A stretch of DNA of 24,000 bases from Clostridia bacterium (GTDB taxonomy: Bacteria; Bacillota; Clostridia; Caldicoprobacterales; DTU083): the NCBI GenBank assembly GCA_028696065.1, contig JAQVHT010000007.1, positions 20,105 through 44,104 on the forward strand. The letters run 5' to 3'. The first letter of the stretch is position 1, and each line of letters opens with the position of its first letter. The translations under genes and the position numbers were made by a program. The notes beneath the pieces are model-generated. The model ran no database searches, had not been told where the DNA came from, and saw only the letters and a program-made list of their open reading frames with translations. This document shows, in pieces, positions 1-7,967 of this stretch.

Positions 1-587
1 GACTCTAATGCTGCAGCAAAAACAGCCCCTGTTAAAAACAAGAGTATGTTTAATAAATAGGCTAGCAAAGTTTGTTGTCTTTGTTCTTTTGTATAATTCA
101 GTCTCCTTGTTTTAATTTTTTTAATAGATGATTCAAGAGCGACTATCCCAATACCAGTATAGGAGAATAAGTAAATAAGAGTTTGGGGCATTAAGCAAAA
201 CAGGAAAAATAGAAAACCTGCAAATTCAAAGTTACTTATAATAAAGCTTATAGTAAAGCCTATATAAAAGCTTTTTATTCCAATCACAATGAATATAATT
301 GGTATTGTTACTGTAAAAAGACCTGATAAAAAAATAAGAGTAATGAACTGAATATTAAGCCAAATAGAATGGAAAAAAACCTTGCTTTTATTTAAGAAAG
401 GTGCAGTTTCATCTAATATAGAGTGCCTTAAATAGGAGTCTAATGCTAGTCTTTGACTATCATCTAGATTGCCCACTGTAAAAGAACCAGAAGTAATACC
501 AGTTATGATTGTAAATATAATTGCAAGATATAGCAGTGGGTTTTCTTTGATGTGGTGTCCGATCCTTCCCCTTAGGTCCCTTAACAA
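1..587 (-). CDS. spoIIM: Stage II sporulation protein M (SpoIIM), C-terminus truncated by the left window edge; probable TTG start at 587
   Basis: Reading the minus strand by hand from TTG at 587 gives LLRDLRGRIGHHIKENPLLYLAIIFTITGITSGSFTVGNLDDSQRLALDSYLRHSILDETAPFLNKSKVFFHSIWLNIQFITLIFLSGLFTVTIPIIFIVIGIKSFYIGFTISFIISNFEFAGFLFFLFCLMPQTLIYL..., typical of SpoIIM (multi-TM DUF95 type). A GAGGGGG RBS lies ~9 nt upstream. The ORF is open to the window edge and absent from the supplied ORF track. Confidence 0.85.
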   Translation of the reverse strand, partial: MLRDLRGRIGHHIKENPLLYLAIIFTIITGITSGSFTVGNLDDSQRLALDSYLRHSILDETAPFLNKSKVFFHSIWLNIQFITLIFLSGLFTVTIPIIFIVIGIKSFYIGFTISFIISNFEFAGFLFFLFCLMPQTLIYLFSYTGIGIVALESSIKKIKTRRLNYTKEQRQQTLLAYLLNILLFLTGAVFAAALE

Positions 588-621
588 GCCATACAACCCC
601 CTCTATATCTTATGCTTGTTC

Positions 622-648
622 AATTCATGCTTATAATGAAATGTATGC
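622..648 (-). promoter_or_regulatory. Candidate sigma-E-like promoter for spoIIM (GCATA-N14-CATGAATT)
   Basis: Minus strand GCATA (648-644), 14-nt spacer, CATGAATT (629-622); resembles sigma-E -35 GHATA / -10 CATAnnnT with one mismatch. spoIIM is sigma-E controlled in B. subtilis. Confidence 0.4.
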
Positions 649-664
649 TACTTGTTTACTTTTT

Positions 665-698
665 ATGACCTAAGCCTTTTACCTTTAATGACCTAAGC
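665..698 (-). repeat. Two imperfect direct copies of GCTTAGGTCATWAAARGTAAA at 23-nt period
   Basis: Exact 11-mer ATGACCTAAGC occurs on the + strand at 665-675 and 688-698. On the minus strand similarity extends downstream of each 11-mer. Confidence 0.6.
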
Positions 699-722
699 AG
701 TTACTAGCACTACAAAGCTATA

Positions 723-1805
723 TTAAAATAAGCTATAAGCCTTTTTACAAGAGGCACCAATAGTATAAAAAAAACATGGGTCTTCAAGATAGGTCCTTCC
801 CATAGTCGTTATATCTGGACAATGCTTTTTGATAACCTCAATAATGTCAGTTCCGTCATATATAGAGAGCTTGACAAAAGGTAAGGCTCCGGCCTCCCTT
901 AGTTGACTTATAAAGAATCTTTCACTTTTAGCGTCTAGGTATGGTAAGGTGAAAAAGACAGGCCTATCTAGCATTTCACTAACCATAGTTAATGAATGAT
1001 GACTAACACCATAATGTCTAACCCTCTTGTCAGCAAAGCTTATTCTTGGTACAAATACACATTTACCTCCATGTTTTGATACAAGGTTGATATAAAACGC
1101 TAGCTCTAGCGCAGAAAAGCCGTATTTGCTATTGGTCCCAATAATTCCAGGGCCCATTGAAATAATAATTATATCACTTAATAAAGATGCTGTTTGTAGA
1201 CTTGTATAGATATTTACACACTCAAAATCAGCTCCAAATGCATTTCCCGATGATATAGTACAATCAAGCAGGCCTTTTTCTCTTACAGTCTGTACATTCT
1301 TAGAAAACCACATAGGTAGTGCTCCATGGTCAGTCATAATATAGGATAATTTAAGCTGTTTATCTGATAACTCCTTTAAATAAGCGCATATTGGAGGCAG
1401 CATACTATGTAGTTCAGAAAAAATAACAACTTTTTCGCCAAGCATAAGTGGTTTGTTAAAACAGTTTAAATTCCTCTCTGTATCCTCCTCAATGAACTGT
1501 ACCTGCACCTGCATAGGTGTATATTTTAACTTCATCCCATGTCCCTTAGCACTAAAAGCAGTTTCTCGATTAGCCAGGTTTGCTATAACAAAGTGAAAGC
1601 CTCCAGTACCTAATGATAAAGTGGCTGCACTGGTATTTAGGTATACAAAATCGCCTATCTTTATCTGACCTGTCATGTAATTATAGTTTATTGCCTTTTC
1701 AGCTTTATGATTAATATCAACTAATACTATAGATATGGCACTATTTTCATCTAGTATGCGGATTACCTTTCCGCTTTTTATTTCTATCATGGAGCAAGTA
1801 ATCAA
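723..1805 (-). CDS. DUF3866-family-like protein; internal start at Met6 (MIEIKSG...) possible
   Basis: Protein contains GPGIIGTNSKYGFSALELAFYINLVSKHGGKCVFVPRISFADKRVRHYGVSHHSLTMV, recalled as characteristic of the DUF3866 family. It overlaps the downstream end of the MraY-like gene by 4 nt. Confidence 0.65.
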   Translation of the reverse strand: MITCSMIEIKSGKVIRILDENSAISIVLVDINHKAEKAINYNYMTGQIKIGDFVYLNTSAATLSLGTGGFHFVIANLANRETAFSAKGHGMKLKYTPMQVQVQFIEEDTERNLNCFNKPLMLGEKVVIFSELHSMLPPICAYLKELSDKQLKLSYIMTDHGALPMWFSKNVQTVREKGLLDCTISSGNAFGADFECVNIYTSLQTASLLSDIIIISMGPGIIGTNSKYGFSALELAFYINLVSKHGGKCVFVPRISFADKRVRHYGVSHHSLTMVSEMLDRPVFFTLPYLDAKSERFFISQLREAGALPFVKLSIYDGTDIIEVIKKHCPDITTMGRTYLEDPCFFYTIGASCKKAYSLF

Positions 1806-2623
1806 TCCCTTCTACCTAGCCTATCAATTAATCTTAAGGATGGTAACCTGTCAATAATCTTAGAAATCGAATAACACTCTGCAAAAATGTGTATTAGTAT
1901 TTGAACTATAGCTAAAAAACCTTTTGCAGATAGTGGTAAATTCATCACTGTATAAAAGCCTAGACTAGCCCCTAGCAGGTTTGCGCCTGTGTCACCTAAC
2001 ATATAAAGCTCTTTCATTTCACCACCTATATATAAAATGAGGCTAACATAAATAGACAAAAACATTAAAGGTTCATGAAATTTTGCCATTAGTAAAAGTA
2101 AGGCTGAAGATAGAAAATAGGTCTTTATAGCCCTGCCTGGCCTTAGATCTAGGAGGTTTATATAGTTAACCGATAGACTAAAGACCAAGATATCAATAAA
2201 GAGTTCAATGAGCTTTGTATATTTAAAAAGGCTAACCATCATTCCTACTACAAGTCCTAATATAGCCTTAATTATCCCTGTTGAGAGCTGACCCTTAAAT
2301 AGTGCTTTTAGATGGCCAGCAAGCCCCTTTGTTGATACTTGTCCTAGGCTATCGTCTAGTAATCCAGTTAAAGCTAATATAATAAGGACAAGACAATAAA
2401 GTATATATATGAGTTTCTTGTTTAGCAAGAAAATGAATATTAGGCCAACCAGGCATGGTAATAGCAGTACAAAGCCAGCTCCATTTATCAGGTTTTTACC
2501 TCGATAGTTACTACTAAAAAGCCCTATACTAGTTAGGAAACTAAGTAGAGTTTTTTTACTCAATTTATAGGTTAAAGATACCAGCAAAATTAATAACAGG
2601 TACAAGGACATAGTTTTCATCAA
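1802..2623 (-). CDS. MraY/WecA-like polyprenyl-phosphate GlcNAc-1-P/MurNAc-peptide transferase family membrane protein, divergent
   Basis: Multi-TM protein with family-type motifs LTGLLDDSLG, NYINLLDLRPGRA and YMLGDTGANLLGA. Confidence 0.75.
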   Translation of the reverse strand: MMKTMSLYLLLILLVSLTYKLSKKTLLSFLTSIGLFSSNYRGKNLINGAGFVLLLPCLVGLIFIFLLNKKLIYILYCLVLIILALTGLLDDSLGQVSTKGLAGHLKALFKGQLSTGIIKAILGLVVGMMVSLFKYTKLIELFIDILVFSLSVNYINLLDLRPGRAIKTYFLSSALLLLMAKFHEPLMFLSIYVSLILYIGGEMKELYMLGDTGANLLGASLGFYTVMNLPLSAKGFLAIVQILIHIFAECYSISKIIDRLPSLRLIDRLGRRD

Positions 2624-2645
2624 ATAGTCTCCAAGTTTACATTAT

Positions 2646-3350
2646 TCAAAGTAGGCCAAATCTTTTTTGTATCATTTTAGATATAATGACCTTAGAAATA
2701 TCTTTAAATTGCTTACCCCTATGTAAAAATCCATAAAAGTCTCTGTATGTCACCCGATGTTCCATATCAAGCTCTATTTCTAATAACCTAGCCCCTGTTT
2801 TAAGTAAATCTACTGTCATGCCAAACTCTATACCAAATCCTGAATAATTAAAGTATTCTATTGATAGTATGCTTCGTTTAAAGGCTCTTTGGCCAGAAAG
2901 GACTGCCTTGATAGATCTACCTGTTAGAGCCTTAAGTCCCCAGTCAGCAAGTTTTCTTACAAGGCCAAAACCTCCTTTAATTGATGATTTATTAAATGCT
3001 GCAATCGCTACGTCAGCTTTATTGTAGCAAACTGGTCTACAAAGCTTTATAACTTCATTTGCACTTGAACCAAGGTCAGCATCTAGAAAGACTATAACAG
3101 GCGTTTTAGCTAATTCGAAGCCCTTTCTCATAGCGTATGCTTTACCTTGATTACTTTCGATTTTATAAAGGTTTACTCCTAAGCTTTTTGTTACTATTGA
3201 TGTATTATCTGTAGAACCATCATCTACTACTAGTATTGAGTCTATCTCTTTTAATGTTTTTAAAGATTTAAGTGTACTACCTATAGTTTTTTCCTCGTTA
3301 TAGGCCGGAATTATAATTGTAATTTCTAGCTTGTTAATACTCAGTTCCAT
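2646..3350 (-). CDS. Family 2 glycosyltransferase (GT-A fold)
   Basis: N-terminal ITIIIPAYNEEKTIGSTLKSL, VVDDGSTDNT, NQGKAYAMRKGFELA, VIVFLDADLG: canonical GT2 motifs. Confidence 0.85.
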   Translation of the reverse strand: MELSINKLEITIIIPAYNEEKTIGSTLKSLKTLKEIDSILVVDDGSTDNTSIVTKSLGVNLYKIESNQGKAYAMRKGFELAKTPVIVFLDADLGSSANEVIKLCRPVCYNKADVAIAAFNKSSIKGGFGLVRKLADWGLKALTGRSIKAVLSGQRAFKRSILSIEYFNYSGFGIEFGMTVDLLKTGARLLEIELDMEHRVTYRDFYGFLHRGKQFKDISKVIISKMIQKRFGLL

Positions 3351-3362
3351 ATCCTCCGCTTA

Positions 3363-4256
3363 CTAGTCTGGTGTTTGGCTGCTATAGCTGGTCTCATCTT
3401 GTGTAACAAAGAGTCTTTCTGGTACTAATTCACTAGAATGTGGACCAGTCCCAAAATTGCCCTTGTTCCCCATCATAACTGAAACAAAGGCCATCCTTCC
3501 GTAAATAGTGTTTATATTATCAATTGTAGATATACCATAAGCTACATAATCCTCTATTGCACTATCTGCTATGCTATTTGATTCAACTAGGACTACATCT
3601 AAGCCAGTATTTTTGAGACTTTTTATTAAGATTGAGTCATGTTTAGAAGTAGTTTTACCTCCCCCTACAATTACCACTTTATCAACTGGGGATTCAAAAT
3701 TCAGTTCATTTTTCAGTACACCTAGCTCCTCCATTTCTGCAATTAAGGCTGTGTTTCCACCATAGTACAAGGAATATACTAAGTCCTCAATAACATAGTG
3801 GATTAAATCAAATCCATTTTCACTTGCATTTTCTGCTTTATCATAGAAAATACCAGTATAGCTACTTAAAGAAAATACTACACTTGTTTTTATAAAGGCT
3901 CCTGTATGTTCTAGTAGTTGCTTCACATATTCAATATCTAGTTCTTCATCAAAGCACACTAGGCCGACACTTGTACCTAATAATTGATTGTAGGAAACTT
4001 CTGTAACAAGTTTGTCAAAAACATCATATAAGACCTTGTTTTCTAATTCCATGGTCTTGATACTATCTTTTAAGCTCTCAGTCTCTGATCTATACAGTAA
4101 AATATTATCCTCTATTTGCTTTATCAAGGATGCCTGTTGGTCTTCGATAATATTTTTATTCTCAAGTGCAACACCTATCATTATTCCTAATCCTAATGCT
4201 AGGAAGATTGATACTATCAGATATATATAGTACTTTGAGTTAAACATATACTCCAC
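3363..4256 (-). CDS. SteB/MctB-like protein (annotated 'copper transporter' in many genomes): N-terminal TM helix plus coiled coil
   Basis: N-terminal helix YYIYLIVSIFLALGLGIMIGVALE followed by a coiled coil (IIEDQQASLIKQIEDNILLYRSETESLKDSIKTMELENKVLYDVFDKL), adjacent to a SteA-like gene. True start may be the internal Met at 4247. Confidence 0.65.
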   Translation of the reverse strand: MEYMFNSKYYIYLIVSIFLALGLGIMIGVALENKNIIEDQQASLIKQIEDNILLYRSETESLKDSIKTMELENKVLYDVFDKLVTEVSYNQLLGTSVGLVCFDEELDIEYVKQLLEHTGAFIKTSVVFSLSSYTGIFYDKAENASENGFDLIHYVIEDLVYSLYYGGNTALIAEMEELGVLKNELNFESPVDKVVIVGGGKTTSKHDSILIKSLKNTGLDVVLVESNSIADSAIEDYVAYGISTIDNINTIYGRMAFVSVMMGNKGNFGTGPHSSELVPERLFVTQDETSYSSQTPD

Positions 4257-5378
4257 CTATAGGCCAAAAATTAGCCTCAGCTTTAAGGCTATTAGTTGAT
4301 ATATTTTTTGTATCAGTGGTGACATTTTGGCTACTAGGGTTATAGGGAACAAGGCAGCTAAAAATAAAGCTATTAAGTGACTTGCCTTAATCCTGTTTTG
4401 ATATAGTTCGCTTACACCCTTTGCATTTACTATCTTGCTACCTACCTTCATCTGTACTAGAATAGTGCTAGCCATCCCCTTTCTACCTTTCTCCAAGAAA
4501 TCTATCATGCTGGTATGGCTACCTAAGGTAACTATAAGGTCAGCCTCACTTTCGTATGCTAACAGTAATGCAATATCCTCACTTGTACCTGGAAATGATA
4601 GCTTTTTTGCATTAAGACCTAAGTTATGTATCCGTTTAAGTCCAGGACAAGTACCATTAGGATAAGCATGTACTATAATTTCCTTACAAAGTCTAAGCGA
4701 CTTATCACTAACTGAATCCATGTCACCTACTATAATATCTGGTCTATAGCCAAACTCTAAAATAGCATCCGCTCCGCCATCTACTCCAATTACTACTGGC
4801 CTAACTTCTCTTAAATATGACTTTATAGCATTTAAGTCGCTCTTATAATTGCTACCTCTTGTAACTACTAGGACATGACGCCCCTTTATTTCTAGATTGA
4901 TTTTGGGTATTGGGAGCTTTCCTAATATATAATCCTTTTCCTTTGTGGCATATTCTAATGTATTATCAATAAAGTCGTTTAGGAGTTTGTCTAGGTTTTG
5001 CTTTGCCCTATTTGTTAACCTATCAATGCTTTCCCTTGTTAAAAATTGAATTTTCCCTAGTTGCCTTTTATTTATGTATAAAGTATCACTTTCTATTTCG
5101 ATTAAGTCGTTCTCCTTTATTTGCAGGAACCGTTCCTTTCCTATATTGTTAATAAGGGTTATTCCTGCATCAGAAAGCAGTTTTGGTCCCTTGTTAGGGT
5201 AATATCCATTTATAAATTCTGAACAGTTTATAACAGCACGTACCCTTTTTTCTATTAACTGATTAGCTGCAAGTTCATCAATATTTTCATGGTTTATTAC
5301 TGCTATGTCATTTTGCTTTAGCCGTCGTATCAAATTTTTTGTCTTGCTATCCTTCTTTGCATATCCCTTAATATACAT
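4257..5378 (-). CDS. steA: SteA-like protein (thiamin-pyrophosphokinase-like domain plus C-terminal TM helix); start reassigned from 5477 to 5378
   Basis: Contains VVIGVDGGADAILEFGYRPDIIVGDMDSVSDKSL (TPK-like catalytic-type motif) and a C-terminal hydrophobic segment. ATG at 5378 is preceded by AGGAGT 7 nt upstream (MYIKGYAKKDSKTKNLIRRL...). The additional 33 codons in the track ORF have no comparable RBS. Confidence 0.7.
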   Translation of the reverse strand: MYIKGYAKKDSKTKNLIRRLKQNDIAVINHENIDELAANQLIEKRVRAVINCSEFINGYYPNKGPKLLSDAGITLINNIGKERFLQIKENDLIEIESDTLYINKRQLGKIQFLTRESIDRLTNRAKQNLDKLLNDFIDNTLEYATKEKDYILGKLPIPKINLEIKGRHVLVVTRGSNYKSDLNAIKSYLREVRPVVIGVDGGADAILEFGYRPDIIVGDMDSVSDKSLRLCKEIIVHAYPNGTCPGLKRIHNLGLNAKKLSFPGTSEDIALLLAYESEADLIVTLGSHTSMIDFLEKGRKGMASTILVQMKVGSKIVNAKGVSELYQNRIKASHLIALFLAALFPITLVAKMSPLIQKIYQLIALKLRLIFGL

Positions 5379-5512
5379 TTGCTGACTCCTGTTTTTTCCC
5401 TTGCCTCTTATACATAGTTTTACATATAATTTTCCTTTTATACATGGTATAGGTGCAAAGGCTAACTCACTATGCAAAAGCTCTGTTGCCTATTATGATA
5501 CTATTATAAATA

Positions 5513-5540
5513 TAAAAAAACTGCCCTAGAGCAGTTCCTT
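5513..5540 (-). terminator. Intrinsic terminator downstream of spo0A
   Basis: Minus strand GAACTGC-TCTAGG-GCAGTTTTTTT: 6-bp stem (5519-5524 / 5531-5536) followed by a T tract. Confidence 0.8.
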
Positions 5541-5627
5541 CAAAATACTATTAGTTTATATAAGTCGATTATGTAATAAAACCTGTTAAAACAAAAAGTA
5601 GCTCTTGGCTACTTTTTAATCTAGATA

Positions 5628-6422
5628 TTAATTTTGTGATTGAATTCGGATTTTATCTGCAACCATGGCAATAAACTCACTATTTGTAGGCTTTCCTTTG
5701 TCATCTTGTATCGTGTAACCAAATAGACTGTTTATAGTATCAACCCTGCCCCTACTCCAGGCTACCTCTATTGCATGCCTTATTGCCCTCTCTACCCTAC
5801 TCGGTGTAGTATTGAACCTATCTGCTATACCAGGGTAGAGTTTTTTTGTAATCCCACTTAGGTAGTCCATATTATTTACTACCATATTAATGGCTTCTCT
5901 AAGGTATTGGTAGCCCTTAATATGGGCTGGTACACCAATTTCATGCATTATATTGGTAATCTCCAGATCAAGGGATTTGGGCCTTTCTGCTTCTATCCTA
6001 CTTGAATAAGGGTTAGTTGGGTTTTGCTTTATGGGCTCATACTCTGATCTTGCTAGTTCTCTAATGCGTTGAACAAAAACTTTTAAATCAAAGGGTTTAA
6101 CTATAAAATAATCTGCTCCTAATGACATTGCTTTTTGGGTGATTTTGTCTTGACCCACAGCAGATAAGACTATAACCTTTGGTGAATGGTCTGTCTCACC
6201 TGCTTTAAGCATCTCAAGAACTCCTATCCCATCAAGATGAGGCATTATAATATCCAAGATAATGACATCAGGCTTATACTTGTTTATATACTTTATTGCC
6301 TTATTTCCATCATTTACAACACCTACAATATCGATATCTGCTTGATCTTGTAAATACTCGTATATAATTTCACAAAAATCCTTGTTGTCATCAGCTACCA
6401 AAACACTAATTTTATCAGTCAT
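5628..6422 (-). CDS. spo0A: Sporulation master response regulator Spo0A; start at ATG 6422
   Basis: Receiver domain [25 protein letters not shown]...[21 protein letters not shown] and the C-terminal DNA-binding domain ([19 protein letters not shown]...[30 protein letters not shown]). AGGGGG RBS immediately upstream of ATG 6422. Confidence 0.98.
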   Translation of the reverse strand: MTDKISVLVADDNKDFCEIIYEYLQDQADIDIVGVVNDGNKAIKYINKYKPDVIILDIIMPHLDGIGVLEMLKAGETDHSPKVIVLSAVGQDKITQKAMSLGADYFIVKPFDLKVFVQRIRELARSEYEPIKQNPTNPYSSRIEAERPKSLDLEITNIMHEIGVPAHIKGYQYLREAINMVVNNMDYLSGITKKLYPGIADRFNTTPSRVERAIRHAIEVAWSRGRVDTINSLFGYTIQDDKGKPTNSEFIAMVADKIRIQSQN

Positions 6423-6468
6423 TATTGAACCCCCTACAAACAATCCCACTTTTTACTATCTGTAAATT

Positions 6469-6497
6469 ATATTCGACAATCCTAGAATTATTCCTGC
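6469..6497 (-). promoter_or_regulatory. Sigma-H-type promoter for spo0A overlapped by a 0A box
   Basis: Minus strand GCAGGAATA (6497-6489), 11-nt spacer, GTCGAATAT (6477-6469), matching RnAGGAwww / RnnGAATww. Exact TGTCGAA 0A-box core at 6478-6472. Confidence 0.75.
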
Positions 6498-6531
6498 TTA
6501 TATATAAATTTGGATAGCTAATTGTATAAAA

Positions 6532-7830
6532 TTAGTTCATAATTGTATTAGCTTCGTTAAGCATCCATTCTATAAATATACCATATCCTTTCTTAGGGTC
6601 ATTTACAAAGACGTGGGTGACAGCCCCTACAAGTTTATTATCCTGAATTATTGGACTCCCACTCATCCCTTGAAGAATCCCGCCCGTTTTCTCTAGTAGC
6701 TCAGGATCAGTTATTTCTATTACTATACCTTTTCCGTTAGGCTTAGATTGTCTATTAACTTTTAAAATCTTAATATCGTACTCCTTTACTCCTCCTGAAT
6801 CTGTGGTAGTTAGTATAGTTGCATCACCTGGGAATATGTTATATTGGTATGCTATCGATATTGGTTCTGTTGAAATAGTATTCAAATAATTTGGCCTTAC
6901 TGAACCATATATACCATACCTTGTGTTCTTAACTATATCTCCTAAAACTAATCTATTATTGCTAAAGCTACCTACAAGCTCACCTGGCTTTCCCTTTCTA
7001 CCAACCTTTACATCAATAATGCTTGATTCTATTATTTGTCCATCCTTTATTGGTATCAATGAACCAGTGTCTACGTCGGTTATTGAGTGACCAAGTGCTC
7101 CAAACTTACCACTTGATGGGTCAATAAAGGTAAGTGTACCAACTCCAGCACTAGAATCTCTAACCCATATACCTAGCTTATATTCTTTACTATTACTATC
7201 TAGGATGGGCTTTATATGCGTTTTGTGGTAGGTGTCTCCCCTCCTGTATTTTAACTCTGTGTTTGCTCCCTTTACCTTGTTTACTAGTTTTGATAGGTGT
7301 CCAGCATTTTTAACCTCTATACCATTTACCTGTTCAATTATATCTCCTGGTGCAATACCAGCATCCATAGCTGGGTAATGTATAACATTCTCATTATCTA
7401 AAACTTCACTAGTCCCAACAATTAAAACGCCCTTAGTTGTTAAACTAACCCCTATTGAACTGCCACCTGGAATCAAGGTTTTTTCAGGATGTACATTAAC
7501 CTTCATATGTTTTATTGGAATTAGACCAAAAAGTTTAAAGCTTAAGGATGTAGTCCCCTGTTGTATGGATTCTACCGCAATTGGGTCTTTCATATTATAA
7601 ACAGTTTGCTCATTTAAAAGGTTTCCATTAAATTTAAGTGTATTCTTATTATCGCCTTCTATCTTGACTAAAAAGGGTATGGAAAAGTCCAGTTTTTGTA
7701 TATCACCCTCTAACAACTGTATCTCTTCTGGATATTTCTTAATACCTTGTACAATAGGTGAATAATTAAATATAAGAAATGATATAGCTAATATTATACC
7801 TATAAACTTCTTAAGTTGCTTTTTTTTCAT
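6532..7830 (-). CDS. spoIVB: SpoIVB serine peptidase; start likely MKKKQLKK at 7830 (track ORF extends to 7845)
   Basis: Signal/TM segment, PDZ-like domain (GVLIVGTSEV...PGDIIEQVNGIEVKN), FGALGHSITD and the catalytic serine region GGILQGMSGSPIIQDNKLVGAVTHVFVNDPKKGYGIFIEWML. Located directly upstream of spo0A. Confidence 0.95.
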   Translation of the reverse strand: MKKKQLKKFIGIILAISFLIFNYSPIVQGIKKYPEEIQLLEGDIQKLDFSIPFLVKIEGDNKNTLKFNGNLLNEQTVYNMKDPIAVESIQQGTTSLSFKLFGLIPIKHMKVNVHPEKTLIPGGSSIGVSLTTKGVLIVGTSEVLDNENVIHYPAMDAGIAPGDIIEQVNGIEVKNAGHLSKLVNKVKGANTELKYRRGDTYHKTHIKPILDSNSKEYKLGIWVRDSSAGVGTLTFIDPSSGKFGALGHSITDVDTGSLIPIKDGQIIESSIIDVKVGRKGKPGELVGSFSNNRLVLGDIVKNTRYGIYGSVRPNYLNTISTEPISIAYQYNIFPGDATILTTTDSGGVKEYDIKILKVNRQSKPNGKGIVIEITDPELLEKTGGILQGMSGSPIIQDNKLVGAVTHVFVNDPKKGYGIFIEWMLNEANTIMN

Positions 7831-7933
7831 CTTATTCGCTCCCACATGTCATTTGTTAAAAGTCTAGTAGCACTAATATTTAACTTAACCTTTTGAGGGG
7901 GAAATATACGAATAAGATGCTTCAAAAATAGAA

Positions 7934-7958
7934 TAAAAAAAAGGGTCAATACCCTTTT
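7934..7958 (-). terminator. Intrinsic terminator downstream of recN
   Basis: Minus strand AAAAGGGT-ATTG-ACCCTTTTTTTT: 8-bp stem (7939-7946 / 7951-7958) plus T tract, 10 nt after the recN stop. Confidence 0.8.
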
Positions 7959-7967
7959 ATTAAACTG

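Noticed and set aside
6450-6480. TATAAT inside the spo0A upstream region as a sigma-A promoter
   Set aside because: No acceptable -35 element at 16-18 nt spacing (GGAATA); the sigma-H reading is much better.
7846-7933. Possible sigma-F/sigma-G promoter for spoIVB (GTATA followed by GGTTAAGTTA)
   Set aside because: A spore-type promoter is expected here, but the best by-eye match has about three mismatches in the -10 region. Too weak to list as a feature.
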